Below, piece by piece: positions 10,728-20,705 of a stretch of DNA of 64,000 bases (the stretch's first letter is position 1; each line of letters opens with the position of its first letter). The notes beneath the pieces were generated by a model. It did not search any database and was not told the origin of the DNA. It was given only the letters and a program-made list of their open reading frames with translations. Location: assembly GCA_051745285.1 (NCBI GenBank), contig JBNJDX010000005.1, forward strand, positions 303-64,302. The letters run 5' to 3'. Both the position numbers and the translations under genes were made by a program. The stretch is from Spirochaetota bacterium. GTDB taxonomy: Bacteria > Spirochaetota > Spirochaetia > CAKZLE01.

Positions 10728-13229
10728 CTAGGAATGGTTTCTGGCGTTGTCCAGGATCGTCTCGGGTGATTCTTCACGGTCGATTGGACAGGGCTTAGCC
10801 TTCCAGATTTCCTCGTTGTACTGAGAAATTGTTCTGTCTGAGGAGAATTTGCCTGAGGCTGCTATATTGAGTACGGCTTTCTGATTCCACTTCTGCCTGT
10901 CACGGTAGGTCTCCATAGCCTGTGTGTGGGCTGCATCATATGCGGCCAGATCGGCAAAGTGCATATACTGGTCGCCCCTATCAAACAGCATTTGGCGAAT
11001 CGGTTCAAAGATCCCTGGCTCGTTGAAGCTGAAATAGCCCGAGAACAGCAGGTCTACCGCCTCCCTGATATCTTCATTCGCCTGGTAGTACTCATAGGGG
11101 TCGTAGGTTTCCCGAAGCTGGTCAACTTCCTCTTCAGTCTTTCCGAACAGAAACATATTCTCCTCTCCGGCTTCCTCTTTGATCTCTATGTTGGCACCGT
11201 CCAGCGTTCCGATCGTTAGAGCCCCATTGCACATGAACTTCATGTTCCCTGTGCCTGAGGCCTCTGTGCCGGCGGTAGAGATCTGCTCGGAGATATCTGT
11301 GGCCGGTATGATCTGTTCGGCCATTGAAACACGATAGTTCGGCAGAAAGTGTACTGATATTCTTCCCTTGATTGTTTCATCAGTGTTGATCACAGCTGCA
11401 AGGTTATTGATGAGCTTGATAATACGTTTGGCCATCATATAGCCGGGAGCTGCCTTCCCCCCAAAGAGGAATGTGATAGGGGTAAAGTCCTCTGGATCCT
11501 CCTTTCTCACGCGATTGTAGAGCATGATGATATGGAGGGCATTGAGCAGCTGCCGCTTATATTCATGGATACGCTTAACCTGCACATCAAAAATGGTATT
11601 CGGATTAATGTCCCAACCGAGTTCAGACTGCAAATACCTCACGGCGTTCTGCTTTGCTTCCAGCTTGACAGCCCCGAAAGCTTTGAGAAACTGTGGATCA
11701 TCGGCATAGGATTTGAGCTTACTGATGTGTGAAAAGCTGGTAATCCAGTCCTCTCCGATGGTCTCGGTGATCAGTTTTGCAAGGGGCGGGTTTGCTCCCA
11801 GCAGCCACCGGCGCTGAGTGATGCCGTTGGTCTTGTTGGTAAAGCGCCTCGGATACACCTTGGCAAGTTCGGGAAACATCCTGCTTTTGAGAAGCCGCGA
11901 GTGTAGAGCTGCCACTCCGTTTGTCGAATGTGAACTGACCACGCACAGATTGGCCATCCGAACCTGCTTGACCGGAGTCTCTTCGATGATGCTGATGTTG
12001 CGAATAGCTTTCGTATTGCTGGGAAAATGAGTAATAGCCTTCTTGAGGAACCGGTGATTGATTTCATAGATAATCTCAAGATGGCGTGGAAGGTTTTTCC
12101 CGAGCATCTCCGTGGGCCACTTTTCAAGGGCTTCCGGCATGAGGGTATGGTTGGTATAACCGAGGGTGTTGACAGTAATCTCCCAGGCTGTTTCCCAGTC
12201 AACAGTCTCCTCGTCGATTAGAATACGCATCAGTTCGGGAACCGCAAGCGAGGGGTGGGTGTCGTTCATCTGAATAGCAGCATAATTGGGGAATTCTTTC
12301 CACTTGGCTCCTGTTTTCTTGAATCTGCGGATGATGTCCGAAAGGGAGCAGGCGACAAAAAAGTACTGCTGTTTAAGTCTCAGTTCTTTTCCAAGATAGA
12401 GGTTGTCATTTGGGTAGAGGACCTGGGTGAGGTTTTCTGCCATCAGTTTGGCGCGAACAGCCTCCACATAATCTCCCTCGTTAAAATCGTGAAAATTAAA
12501 ATCCTCGGCAGCCTGGGCACTCCACAGGCGCAATGTGTTGACCGTAGTGCCGCCGTATCCGACGATAGGGACGTCATAGGCAACACCGATAACCTCGGTC
12601 GTATCAAGCCATTTGTGATATGTCCGGCCCCTCTCGGTAATGGCTTCAGTATGCCCGCCGAACCGGACGGGAACGGTGACATCTCGCCGCTCAAATTCCC
12701 ACGGGTTGCCGAAGCGCAGCCAGTCGTCCGGTTGCTCGACCTGGTACCCATTTTCGATTTTCTGGCGGAAAATGCCGTAGTTATAGCGCAGGCCGTAGCC
12801 GATTGCCGGCAGGTCCATGGTGGCGAGTGAGTCAAGGAAACAGGCTGCCAGTCTTCCAAGGCCGCCGTTGCCCAGTCCTGCATCCACTTCCTGTTCAGCT
12901 ATCTCTTCATAGGTGTATCCGAGTTCCTGCAGCGCCCGCTTCACTTCACCTTCAAGTTTCAGATTGATTACATTGTTGCTCATTGCTCTGCCCATAAGGA
13001 ACTCGAGCGAGAGGTAGTAGATACGTTTTACCTTCTGATCATGATGAGTCTGCTGGGTTCGTGTCCACTGATGGATCATACGATCCCTGACGGCCAATGC
13101 CAAAGCGATAAAACGATCCTGTTTTGTGGTAGAGTATTTATCACACCCTAAAGAATAGGTCAGGTGTTCAGCGAAATCCCATTTGATGGATTCGCAATCT
13201 GTTCCGAAGCGAATACTTTGCCTCTCCAT
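10728..13229 (-). CDS. glgP: glycogen/maltodextrin phosphorylase
   Basis: PLP-site signature EASGTGNMKFMCNGALTIGTLDGANIEI. Start moved to ATG 13229 (MERQSIRFG), which follows GGGAGG. The track ORF extends to 13328. Confidence 0.93.
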   Translation of the reverse strand: MERQSIRFGTDCESIKWDFAEHLTYSLGCDKYSTTKQDRFIALALAVRDRMIHQWTRTQQTHHDQKVKRIYYLSLEFLMGRAMSNNVINLKLEGEVKRALQELGYTYEEIAEQEVDAGLGNGGLGRLAACFLDSLATMDLPAIGYGLRYNYGIFRQKIENGYQVEQPDDWLRFGNPWEFERRDVTVPVRFGGHTEAITERGRTYHKWLDTTEVIGVAYDVPIVGYGGTTVNTLRLWSAQAAEDFNFHDFNEGDYVEAVRAKLMAENLTQVLYPNDNLYLGKELRLKQQYFFVACSLSDIIRRFKKTGAKWKEFPNYAAIQMNDTHPSLAVPELMRILIDEETVDWETAWEITVNTLGYTNHTLMPEALEKWPTEMLGKNLPRHLEIIYEINHRFLKKAITHFPSNTKAIRNISIIEETPVKQVRMANLCVVSSHSTNGVAALHSRLLKSRMFPELAKVYPRRFTNKTNGITQRRWLLGANPPLAKLITETIGEDWITSFSHISKLKSYADDPQFLKAFGAVKLEAKQNAVRYLQSELGWDINPNTIFDVQVKRIHEYKRQLLNALHIIMLYNRVRKEDPEDFTPITFLFGGKAAPGYMMAKRIIKLINNLAAVINTDETIKGRISVHFLPNYRVSMAEQIIPATDISEQISTAGTEASGTGNMKFMCNGALTIGTLDGANIEIKEEAGEENMFLFGKTEEEVDQLRETYDPYEYYQANEDIREAVDLLFSGYFSFNEPGIFEPIRQMLFDRGDQYMHFADLAAYDAAHTQAMETYRDRQKWNQKAVLNIAASGKFSSDRTISQYNEEIWKAKPCPIDREESPETILDNARNHS

Positions 13230-13321
13230 AATTCCTCCCTGGGCCCTTGTAGCAGTAGAGCAGGGCGTAGTTTGACTATAGGCACAACACCAATTATTTT
13301 CAATAGGTGTGAGAAAATCTC

Positions 13322-13350
13322 TTGACAAAAACCTACCGCTTTGATACGTT
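13322..13350 (+). promoter_or_regulatory. candidate sigma-70 promoter for the tRNA-Thr/rpmG/secE block
   Basis: TTGACA (13322-13327), 17-nt spacer, TACGTT (13345-13350). Confidence 0.35.
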
Positions 13351-13408
13351 TGCCCCTACGCGGTTTTATGCCCGGGCTGTGCGCGGAGGCGGGCAGCGAC
13401 TTTGACCT

Positions 13409-13481
13409 GCCCTTGTAGCTCAGTCGGTAGAGCACCACCATGGTAAGGTGGGGGTCACCGGTTCAAGTCCGGTCGAGGGCT
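13409..13481 (+). tRNA. tRNA-Thr (anticodon GGT)
   Basis: Cloverleaf folded by hand: acceptor GCCCTTG/CGAGGGC, D-arm GCTC/GAGC, anticodon stem CCACC/GGTGG with loop ATGGTAA, T-arm ACCGG-TTCAAGT-CCGGT. CCA is not encoded. Confidence 0.9.
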
Positions 13482-13607
13482 CAAATTGAGCAACTGTGTT
13501 GAGCGTGAGGCTAGCAGGGTTCGATATGATATTCGAAATATAGTCCGGCCCTCTGCCAGGCGAAGAGTCTGAATAGACGGCGAGCGGCTGTTTTTGGGAG
13601 ACGCATC

Positions 13608-13784
13608 ATGGCAAGTAAGAAAAAAGGACCTGTAGAGAAAATTGCTCTGCAGTGTTCCGAATGTAAAAGAAAGAATTATACGACAACGAAGAATCGGAGA
13701 AATATTCAGGGAAAGCTTGAGTTTAATAAATACTGCAGGTTTGACCGGAAGCACACACTTCACAAAGAAGCGAAAATTAAGTAG
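13608..13784 (+). CDS. rpmG: 50S ribosomal protein L33
   Basis: 58-aa ORF, below the track cutoff: MASKKKGPVEKIALQCSECKRKNYTTTKNRRNIQGKLEFNKYCRFDRKHTLHKEAKIK. Lies between the two tRNAs. Confidence 0.88.
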   Translation: MASKKKGPVEKIALQCSECKRKNYTTTKNRRNIQGKLEFNKYCRFDRKHTLHKEAKIK

Positions 13785-13796
13785 GTTTCCACACAT

Positions 13797-13870
13797 AGGT
13801 CAGTAGCTCCAACGGCTAGAGCGCCGGTCTCCAAAACCGGATGTTGAAGGTTCGAATCCTTCCTGACCTG
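13797..13870 (+). tRNA. tRNA-Trp (anticodon CCA)
   Basis: Cloverleaf: acceptor AGGTCAG/CTGACCT, anticodon stem CCGGT/ACCGG with loop CTCCAAA, T-arm GAAGG-TTCGAAT-CCTTC. Confidence 0.9.
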
Positions 13871-13894
13871 CTTTTTTTCTGTTGGAGAATTAAG

Positions 13895-14074
13895 ATGAAG
13901 AAATTAATTAGATATCTGAAAGAGAGCTACCTTGAGATGAAGAAGGTGGTTTGGCCTACCCGTGACGCTGTTGTTTCATCCACGAAGGTGGTCCTTGTCT
14001 CAACACTTCTGTTTGCTGTTGTTCTGGGGCTTGTAGATTATATTCTACTTGAAGGCCTCTATCTCATCTACTAA
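13895..14074 (+). CDS. secE: preprotein translocase subunit SecE
   Basis: 59 aa with a single C-terminal TM helix (KVVWPTRDAVVSSTKVVLVSTLLFAVVLGLVDY). SD GGAGAA. The track ORF start (13841) lies inside tRNA-Trp. Confidence 0.85.
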   Translation: MKKLIRYLKESYLEMKKVVWPTRDAVVSSTKVVLVSTLLFAVVLGLVDYILLEGLYLIY

Positions 14075-14112
14075 TACTCGCGGACAGGTACGAGAAGAAG
14101 ATTGGAGCACGT

Positions 14113-14667
14113 ATGGCTAAAGGCTGGTATGTAGTTCATACCTATTCCGGGTATGAGAATAAAATTGAAAGAACGATCAGAAAGCTGATGGAAGATCCTA
14201 AGATTGCCGAGACGGTTTTTGATGTACGTGTGCCATCCGAGGACATAGTAGAGGTCAAAGACGGGAAAAAGAAGATCGTCAACAAGAAAATTCTTCCCGG
14301 CTATATCCTCGTTGAAATGGACCTGCCGAATATCGGGTGGAAACATCCCTGTTCAGCTATACGGCGCATTCAGGGCGTTACCGGTTTTGTAGGAACCTTG
14401 GACGGCTCCAAGCCGCAGCCTATTCCTGATGAAGAGGCTAAGCGCATCTTCCAGAAGACTGGTGATATAAAGACTGACAAGGGAGCGCGTCCGAAACAGA
14501 CCTTCTTCCCCGGGGAGAAGGTGAAAATTATTGACGGGCCGTTTGACACCTTTACCGGAACGATTGATGAGGTAAACACGGAAAAGGCCAAATTGCGTGT
14601 CATTGTCGGGATTTTTGGTAGGGCTACCCCTATTGAAGTTGGGTTTTTCCAGGTTGAGAAGATATAG
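14113..14667 (+). CDS. nusG: transcription termination/antitermination factor NusG
   Basis: 184 aa. NGN domain (WYVVHTYSGYENK) and KOW motif (GEKVKIIDGPF). Confidence 0.95.
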   Translation: MAKGWYVVHTYSGYENKIERTIRKLMEDPKIAETVFDVRVPSEDIVEVKDGKKKIVNKKILPGYILVEMDLPNIGWKHPCSAIRRIQGVTGFVGTLDGSKPQPIPDEEAKRIFQKTGDIKTDKGARPKQTFFPGEKVKIIDGPFDTFTGTIDEVNTEKAKLRVIVGIFGRATPIEVGFFQVEKI

Positions 14668-14674
14668 ACTTATT

Positions 14675-14695
14675 CGCCGGAGATAGTATCCGGCG
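14675..14695 (+). terminator. weak terminator/attenuator hairpin after nusG
   Basis: CGCCGGA/TCCGGCG 7-bp stem followed by TTCGTTGCTT (poor U-tract). Confidence 0.3.
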
Positions 14696-14703
14696 TTCGT
14701 TGC

Positions 14704-14732
14704 TTGACATCTATAGTAAGGCTACATAGATA
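14704..14732 (+). promoter_or_regulatory. sigma-70 promoter of rplK-rplA
   Basis: TTGACA (14704-14709), 17-nt spacer, TAGATA (14727-14732). Confidence 0.5.
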
Positions 14733-14825
14733 GTGCCCCTTTCGCTGTAGAAAGGGATGGGAGCCTGCCGTTGGCGGGCGTTATTACCAGCGTGAGACGA
14801 AAGAGCTCATGTAAGGAGAACTGTT
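14733..14825 (+). promoter_or_regulatory. structured rplKA leader (possible L1 autoregulatory site)
   Basis: Hairpins CCCTTTC/GAAAGGG and CCTGCC/GGCGGG precede the SD. Position matches L1-regulated L11-operon leaders. No consensus match was verified. Confidence 0.3.
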
Positions 14826-15257
14826 ATGGCTAAGAAAAAGGTTACCGCGGTTATAAAACTGCAGGTACCCGCTCAAAAAGCTACGCCGGCACCCCCGGTA
14901 GGCCCAGCCTTGGGTCCCCACGGGGTCAGTGCACCGCAGTTTGTTCAGCAGTTTAATGATCGTACAAAGAATGTCGAGGCAGGCTTGACTGTTCCGGTAG
15001 TTATTACGGTCTATGCAGATCGAAGCTTTACGTTCATCGTAAAGACTCCCCCTGCAGCAGTGCTGATCAAGAAAGCTTGCGGAATCGCCAAGGGTTCGGG
15101 AGAACCACACAAGGAAAAAGTTGCAACAATAACCCAGACCCAGTTGCAGGAGATTGCTGAGTTGAAGATGTCCGATCTGAATGCGAACGACATCGACGCA
15201 GCCAAGCGCATCATTGCAGGTACTGCAAGGAGTATGGGCGTTAAGGTGGGGGCGTAG
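14826..15257 (+). CDS. rplK: 50S ribosomal protein L11
   Basis: 143 aa ([20 protein letters not shown]). SD AAGGAG. Confidence 0.96.
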   Translation: MAKKKVTAVIKLQVPAQKATPAPPVGPALGPHGVSAPQFVQQFNDRTKNVEAGLTVPVVITVYADRSFTFIVKTPPAAVLIKKACGIAKGSGEPHKEKVATITQTQLQEIAELKMSDLNANDIDAAKRIIAGTARSMGVKVGA

Positions 15258-15258
15258 T

Positions 15259-15939
15259 ATGAAGCGAGGAAAGAAGTACAAAGAAGCACTCAACAAGGTT
15301 GATCGCGAAAGCTACTATGCAGTAGATGATGCGATCAAACTCGCTAAGGACATTGCTTTTGCCAATTTTGATGAGACTATCGAAGTTTCAGTAAAGTTGA
15401 ACATGAAACGCAGTCAGTCTGTCCGTGATACGGTGGTACTCCCTCATCAGTTTGCTGAAGAGAAGAAGGTTCTTGTATTTGCCAAGGGCGAGAAGGCTGA
15501 AGAGGCTAAAGAGGCTGGGGCTGCCTACGTCGGGGACGCCGATCTGGTGGAGAAAATCAAGGGCGGCTGGCTCGATTTTGACGTGGCTGTGGCTACCCCG
15601 GACATGATGAAGGATGTTGGTAGGCTTGGTCCTATCCTCGGACGCCGCGGCCTGATGCCGAACCCGAAGACACGAACGGTTACCTTTGACATAAAAGAGG
15701 CCCTGGCTGAACTCAAGCAGGGGCGAGTCGAATTCCGTTCTGATAAGACAGGGGTTGTTCATCTTGCTGTAGGGAAGGTATCCATGGACCCTGAGCAGGT
15801 TGCCGAGAACCTGAAGCTGGTGGTTAAAGAGATCGTGAGAAAGCGGCCGAGCGACGCCAAGGGCGAGTTTGTCAAAAGCGTTGCCGTCTCCCCGACCATG
15901 GGCCCCGGAATCAAACTTGATGCCCGGGTATTTGAGTAG
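15259..15939 (+). CDS. rplA: 50S ribosomal protein L1
   Basis: Start at ATG 15259 ([11 protein letters not shown]), directly after the rplK stop. The track ORF extension overlaps rplK. Confidence 0.94.
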   Translation: MKRGKKYKEALNKVDRESYYAVDDAIKLAKDIAFANFDETIEVSVKLNMKRSQSVRDTVVLPHQFAEEKKVLVFAKGEKAEEAKEAGAAYVGDADLVEKIKGGWLDFDVAVATPDMMKDVGRLGPILGRRGLMPNPKTRTVTFDIKEALAELKQGRVEFRSDKTGVVHLAVGKVSMDPEQVAENLKLVVKEIVRKRPSDAKGEFVKSVAVSPTMGPGIKLDARVFE

Positions 15940-15953
15940 ACAGGAGGATAGAG

Positions 15954-16484
15954 ATGGCTGAATATCAGGTAAAAGTACAACAGTCTAAAATAGATGCGGT
16001 CGATGCCCTGAAGGCAGAGTTCAAGGATGCCAAGGATTACATCTTCACGAACTACCGTGGACTGTCGGTTGAGCAGATCACGGATCTGCGGAAGAAGCTT
16101 CGTGAGCATGATGCCACATATAAGGTTGTGAAGAATAGATTTGCAAAGATTGCCCTTCATGATCTCGAGAAGCCCGCTGTTGAGGAATACCTCACCGGAC
16201 CGACGGCTGTGGCTATCCCTACTGGAGATGCCGGACCCGTTGCCAAGGTGCTGGTTGAATTCGCAAAGAACGCTTCCATGACCATTAAAGGTGGAATCCT
16301 TGATAACACCGTCTTTGATGCTGTTCAGGTCGAGGAGTTCAGTAAGCTTCCGACTCGGGAAGAATTGATTGCGAAGCTGATGGGTACGATGAGAGCCCCG
16401 GTACAGAATGTGGTGTATGTGCTTAATGCTGTACCGACTAAGCTCGTACGGACACTGCAGGCTGTTGCAGATGCGAAACAATAG
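15954..16484 (+). CDS. rplJ: 50S ribosomal protein L10
   Basis: 176 aa. SD AGGAGG. Position between rplA and rplL. Confidence 0.94.
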   Translation: MAEYQVKVQQSKIDAVDALKAEFKDAKDYIFTNYRGLSVEQITDLRKKLREHDATYKVVKNRFAKIALHDLEKPAVEEYLTGPTAVAIPTGDAGPVAKVLVEFAKNASMTIKGGILDNTVFDAVQVEEFSKLPTREELIAKLMGTMRAPVQNVVYVLNAVPTKLVRTLQAVADAKQ

Positions 16485-16551
16485 ACGGCATTAGTCTTCA
16501 CTCGTAGCATGCTACTGCCGTACAAAGAATACATAATAAGGAGAAGATAAT

Positions 16552-16935
16552 ATGGCTACTAAGGACGAGATTCTAGATGCAATTGCGAACATGACGGTAC
16601 TTGAGGTTTCTGAACTGATTTCCGCCATGGAAGAGAAATTTGGAGTTACTGCTGCTGCACCTGTTGCAGCCGCTGCTCCGGGAGCTGCTGCTGGCGCCGA
16701 AGCCGAAGAGGTTGAGGAGCAAACAGAATTTGACGTAATCCTCAAAGGGGTTGCAGATGGTAAGAAGATTCCTGTCATCAAAGCGGTGCGGGCAATCACT
16801 GGTCTTGGTCTGAAAGAGGCTAAAGAAGTCGTTGAAGCTGGTGACAAGGCTGTCAAAGAGGGAGTATCCAAAGAGGATGCAGCTTCGATGAAGGCTAAAC
16901 TTGAGGAAGCTGGCGCCACCGTTGAGATTAAATAG
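16552..16935 (+). CDS. rplL: 50S ribosomal protein L7/L12
   Basis: 127 aa. Ala-rich hinge and conserved C-terminal domain ([22 protein letters not shown]). Confidence 0.96.
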   Translation: MATKDEILDAIANMTVLEVSELISAMEEKFGVTAAAPVAAAAPGAAAGAEAEEVEEQTEFDVILKGVADGKKIPVIKAVRAITGLGLKEAKEVVEAGDKAVKEGVSKEDAASMKAKLEEAGATVEIK

Positions 16936-16968
16936 TTCTTTCTATACGAGACAAACATCACGCACTGG

Positions 16969-17027
16969 CCTGCAGAGATTGGTGACAACTCTGCAGGCTC
17001 CAGCCACCGGATAATGAGTTCCGGTGG
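16969..17027 (+). promoter_or_regulatory. tandem GC-rich hairpins (attenuator-like) between rplL and rpoB
   Basis: CCTGCAGAG/CTCTGCAGG (16969-16997) and CCACCGGA/TCCGGTGG (17004-17027). No clear U-tract. Confidence 0.4.
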
Positions 17028-17191
17028 CCTGTTGTGTCATAGTAGGTAACGTGGTGCGCGGTAGTTACGCTGCGCAGGAGTTGTGTTAGGAAGAGGGCTT
17101 ACAGTGGTTGTGTCCGCTGAGACAGCCGGCAGAAACCGGTGCTCAGGGACCGACAGATAAGTCTTCCATGATTATTAACCAGGGGGTAACA

Positions 17192-20100
17192 ATGCTTGCC
17201 GACGGCAAAGCTATAGAAAGAGTGTATGTGGGAGAAGAGATGGATGAGGTACTTTCGCTGCCGAATCTTGTAGATATTCAGCTCTCCTCATATGAGAGGT
17301 TTCTCCAAAGAGAGAGGCTGCTGCACAATGAACCTCTTGAGCTTCAAGGGCTGGAGGAGGTATTCCAGTCCACTTTCCCCATTGAAAGCCCCAGCGGTGA
17401 CATGCTGCTTGAATATGTTGGGTATTCGCTGGATGAGGACCATATAAAGTTCGGTGAACTGGAGTGCAAACAGAAGGGCCTATCATATTCTGTTCCAGTA
17501 AAAGCCAAAATAAATCTCATTTTTCAGGAAACTGGTGAGATACGACAAAAAGACATATATGTTGGTGATATTCCCCTCATGACCGATCGAGGGACGTTCA
17601 TCATCAACGGAGCTGAACGGGTTGTAGTAAGCCAGATTCACCGGTCTCCGGGTGTGATCTTTTCTGATGAGAAAGGAGTATACTCCTCACGGATCATTCC
17701 GTATCGGGGCTCCTGGCTTGAGTTTGAAATTGATCACAAGAAGGATTTAGTCTATACAAAGATCGACCGCAAAAAGCGCATTCTTGCAACGCTTTTTTTG
17801 CGTGCTTTGGGGTTTACAACCCGTGAGCAGATTGTTGAGCTTTACTATCAGTCAAAGAAAGTATCTCTGTCCGGGTCACGAGATGCGGCAGAGTTAAACA
17901 ATATCATCCTGTACAAAGATGTCTATGCTCAGCAGGACGGCGAAGAGCCGAAAAAGCTCTACCGTGCCGGTGATAAGATTCACCCGCATGAGATGGATGA
18001 GATGATACACGCCGGTATTACCGAGGTTGATGTCATTGACATGCAGGCTGAAAACTCCCTTCACGCCGAGACTATCCTCCGTTGTTTCGAAATAGAGGAT
18101 GCCAAGCACACTCGAGTCGAGAAGGGCTTTGATGAGCCGACCAAAGAGGATGCGCTCATTGCTGTCTACTCTGTGTTGATGCCTGGCGAGCCGATTACCT
18201 ATGAGAGCGCTGAAAAGGATCTGAACACCATGTTCTTTACCTACAGACGCTATGATCTGGGACGTGTCGGCCGCTACAAACTCAACAAGAAGTTTGACTA
18301 CGAGCAGCCGCCGGAGGAACCGGTACTTACCCGAGAAGACATTGTGCATACCATGCGGTACCTGATACAGGTCTACATCGGTGAGGCAAACGTGGACGAT
18401 ATTGACCATCTTGGAAACCGTCGTATCCGTTCAGTCGGCGAGCTGATGCAGAACCAGATGAAAACGGCTTTCACCCGCATGGAGCGAATAGCCAAAGAGC
18501 GAATGAACCTTGAGTCTGAAACAGTGAAGCCGCAGGATCTTATCTCTATCAAGCCGGTTGTAGCTGCCATTAAGGAGTTTTTCGGCTCCAGTCAGCTCAG
18601 CCAGTTCATGGATCAGATTAATCCGCTCGCTGAGCTTACCCATAAACGGCGAATCAATGCGCTCGGGCCCGGCGGACTCTCCCGGGATCGGGCAGGCTTT
18701 GAGGTGCGGGATGTCCATTACACCCACTACGGAAGGATGTGTCCGATTGAGACCCCTGAGGGGCCGAATATTGGGTTGATCGTTTCTTTGGCGAACTATA
18801 CCCGTGTGAATGAGTATGGTTTTCTCGAAACCCCGTATAGAAGGGTGGAAAACGGCAAGGTGTCTGATACCATCGAGTATCTCTCGGCAATTGACGAGGA
18901 AAAGCATTATATCGCGCAGGCGAATGCACGCCTTGATGATGACGGGAACTTTGTTGACGACCTGGTTGCGGTACGGCGGTCCGGTGACTACAATTCGAGG
19001 CCGCCGAGCACTGTTACCTATATGGATGTTTCCCCGAAACAGGTAATCTCCGTTGCTACTTCCCTGATTCCCTTTTTGGAGCACGATGATGCCAACCGCG
19101 CTTTGATGGGATCGAACATGCAGCGGCAGGCTGTGCCCCTGGTGTTCCCCGAACCACCCAGGGTCGGAACCGGAATGGAGGCGAAGACTGCCTACGATTC
19201 GGGTGTGCTCGTAAAGGCAAAGCGAGCAGGTACCGTCTCGCACGTCTCAGCTCAGAAGGTCATCATTGATCCGGAGAACCCTGAGATAGAGGGCGAAAAG
19301 GATGAGTACATCATCCAGAAGTACCAGAGAACAAACCAGGACACCTGTTTTAACCAGAAACCGATCGTCCATGTGGGGCAGAAGATCGAAACCGGTCAGG
19401 TGATTGGTGACGGTCCTGCCACCTATGACGGCGAGCTGGCGCTGGGACGCAACGTGCTAGTCGGTTTTGTTCCTTGGAACGGGTACAATTATGAGGATGC
19501 GATCCTCATATCGGAAAAGGTTGTTAAAGAGGATATTTTTACCTCTATTCATATTAAAGAGTTCACTGTTGACGTACGTGAGACAAAGCTGGGCCCGGAG
19601 AAACTCACCCGGGATATTCCCAATACCAGTGATAAAGCGCTGGAGCAGCTGGACGAGGATGGGATCATCCGCATTGGCGCTAAAGTCAAATCCGGCCACA
19701 TCCTGGTTGGAAAGGTGACTCCCAAGTCCGAGGCCGATGCAACCCCTGAATTTAAACTGCTGAACTCCATCTTTGGCGAGAAGGCGAAAGAGGTTCGTGA
19801 CACATCTCTGAAAGTACCGCATGGTACTGAAGGGACAGTCATCGATATTCAGCGGCTCAGGCGTTCTGAGGGAGATGATCTCTCCCCTGGAGTAGACGAG
19901 GTTGTGAAGGTCCTTGTAGCCCGTAAGCGAAAACTTCGCGAGGGTGACAAGATGGCCGGGCGCCATGGAAACAAAGGTGTTGTTGCCCGGGTACTGCCCG
20001 AAGAGGACATGCCTTATATGGAGGACGGAACTCCGCTGGATATCTGTCTGAATCCGCTGGGTGTGCCTTCCCGAATGAACATCGGGCAGTTGCTCGAGAC

Positions 20101-20689
20101 AGAACTTGGCTGGGCAGCCACCAAGCTCGATGCATGGTATTCAACACCGGTCTTTCAGTCAGCGACCAATGAAATGATTGCTGAAAAGCTGAAAGAGGCG
20201 GATCTGCCGGCTGATTCCAAAGTTGTATTACGCGACGGGCGAACCGGAGTTCCCTTTGTTTACCCGGTTTTCTGTGGCTATGTGTACATGCTGAAGTTGG
20301 CTCACCTTATTGATGACAAGATGCATGCCCGTTCTACCGGACCTTATTCACTGGTTACTCAGCAGCCGCTTGGCGGTAAAGCACAGTTTGGCGGACAGCG
20401 TCTCGGTGAGATGGAGGTCTGGGCACTTGAGGCCTACGGCGCTGCCAATACGCTGCAGGAATTGCTGACAATCAAGTCTGATGACATGAACGGAAGAGTA
20501 AAAATCTACGAAAGCATCGTGAAGGGAGAGCCGGCAACGAGTGCTGGTATGCCAGAATCGTTCAACGTACTGGTGCAGGAGCTACGGGGGCTGGCCCTTG
20601 AGATGTCAATTTATGACTCAAAGGGTAAACAGATACCGTTGACAGAACGAGATGAAGAACTGATAAGCAAGAAAGGCAGTCAGTTCTAA
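17192..20689 (+). CDS. rpoB: DNA-directed RNA polymerase subunit beta
   Basis: Conserved beta-subunit blocks throughout. Start set at ATG 17192 (MLADGK), preceded by GGGGGT. ATG 17168 and the track start 17108 are alternatives. Confidence 0.95.
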   Translation: MLADGKAIERVYVGEEMDEVLSLPNLVDIQLSSYERFLQRERLLHNEPLELQGLEEVFQSTFPIESPSGDMLLEYVGYSLDEDHIKFGELECKQKGLSYSVPVKAKINLIFQETGEIRQKDIYVGDIPLMTDRGTFIINGAERVVVSQIHRSPGVIFSDEKGVYSSRIIPYRGSWLEFEIDHKKDLVYTKIDRKKRILATLFLRALGFTTREQIVELYYQSKKVSLSGSRDAAELNNIILYKDVYAQQDGEEPKKLYRAGDKIHPHEMDEMIHAGITEVDVIDMQAENSLHAETILRCFEIEDAKHTRVEKGFDEPTKEDALIAVYSVLMPGEPITYESAEKDLNTMFFTYRRYDLGRVGRYKLNKKFDYEQPPEEPVLTREDIVHTMRYLIQVYIGEANVDDIDHLGNRRIRSVGELMQNQMKTAFTRMERIAKERMNLESETVKPQDLISIKPVVAAIKEFFGSSQLSQFMDQINPLAELTHKRRINALGPGGLSRDRAGFEVRDVHYTHYGRMCPIETPEGPNIGLIVSLANYTRVNEYGFLETPYRRVENGKVSDTIEYLSAIDEEKHYIAQANARLDDDGNFVDDLVAVRRSGDYNSRPPSTVTYMDVSPKQVISVATSLIPFLEHDDANRALMGSNMQRQAVPLVFPEPPRVGTGMEAKTAYDSGVLVKAKRAGTVSHVSAQKVIIDPENPEIEGEKDEYIIQKYQRTNQDTCFNQKPIVHVGQKIETGQVIGDGPATYDGELALGRNVLVGFVPWNGYNYEDAILISEKVVKEDIFTSIHIKEFTVDVRETKLGPEKLTRDIPNTSDKALEQLDEDGIIRIGAKVKSGHILVGKVTPKSEADATPEFKLLNSIFGEKAKEVRDTSLKVPHGTEGTVIDIQRLRRSEGDDLSPGVDEVVKVLVARKRKLREGDKMAGRHGNKGVVARVLPEEDMPYMEDGTPLDICLNPLGVPSRMNIGQLLETELGWAATKLDAWYSTPVFQSATNEMIAEKLKEADLPADSKVVLRDGRTGVPFVYPVFCGYVYMLKLAHLIDDKMHARSTGPYSLVTQQPLGGKAQFGGQRLGEMEVWALEAYGAANTLQELLTIKSDDMNGRVKIYESIVKGEPATSAGMPESFNVLVQELRGLALEMSIYDSKGKQIPLTERDEELISKKGSQF

Positions 20690-20705
20690 GCAGGAGTAAC
20701 ATCGA

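Noticed and set aside
13230-13328. N-terminal extensions of track ORFs. Cases: glgP 13328, secE 13841, rplA 15181, rpoB 17108, rplC 27918, rpmC 32015, rpsQ 32307, rpmD 35895, rplQ 40481, rny 41116, ymdB 42714, the acidic protein 50692, grpE 52302 and tatD 60051.
   Set aside because: In each case an internal start follows a proper SD and reproduces the conserved family N-terminus. The longer form would overlap the preceding gene, a tRNA or a promoter.
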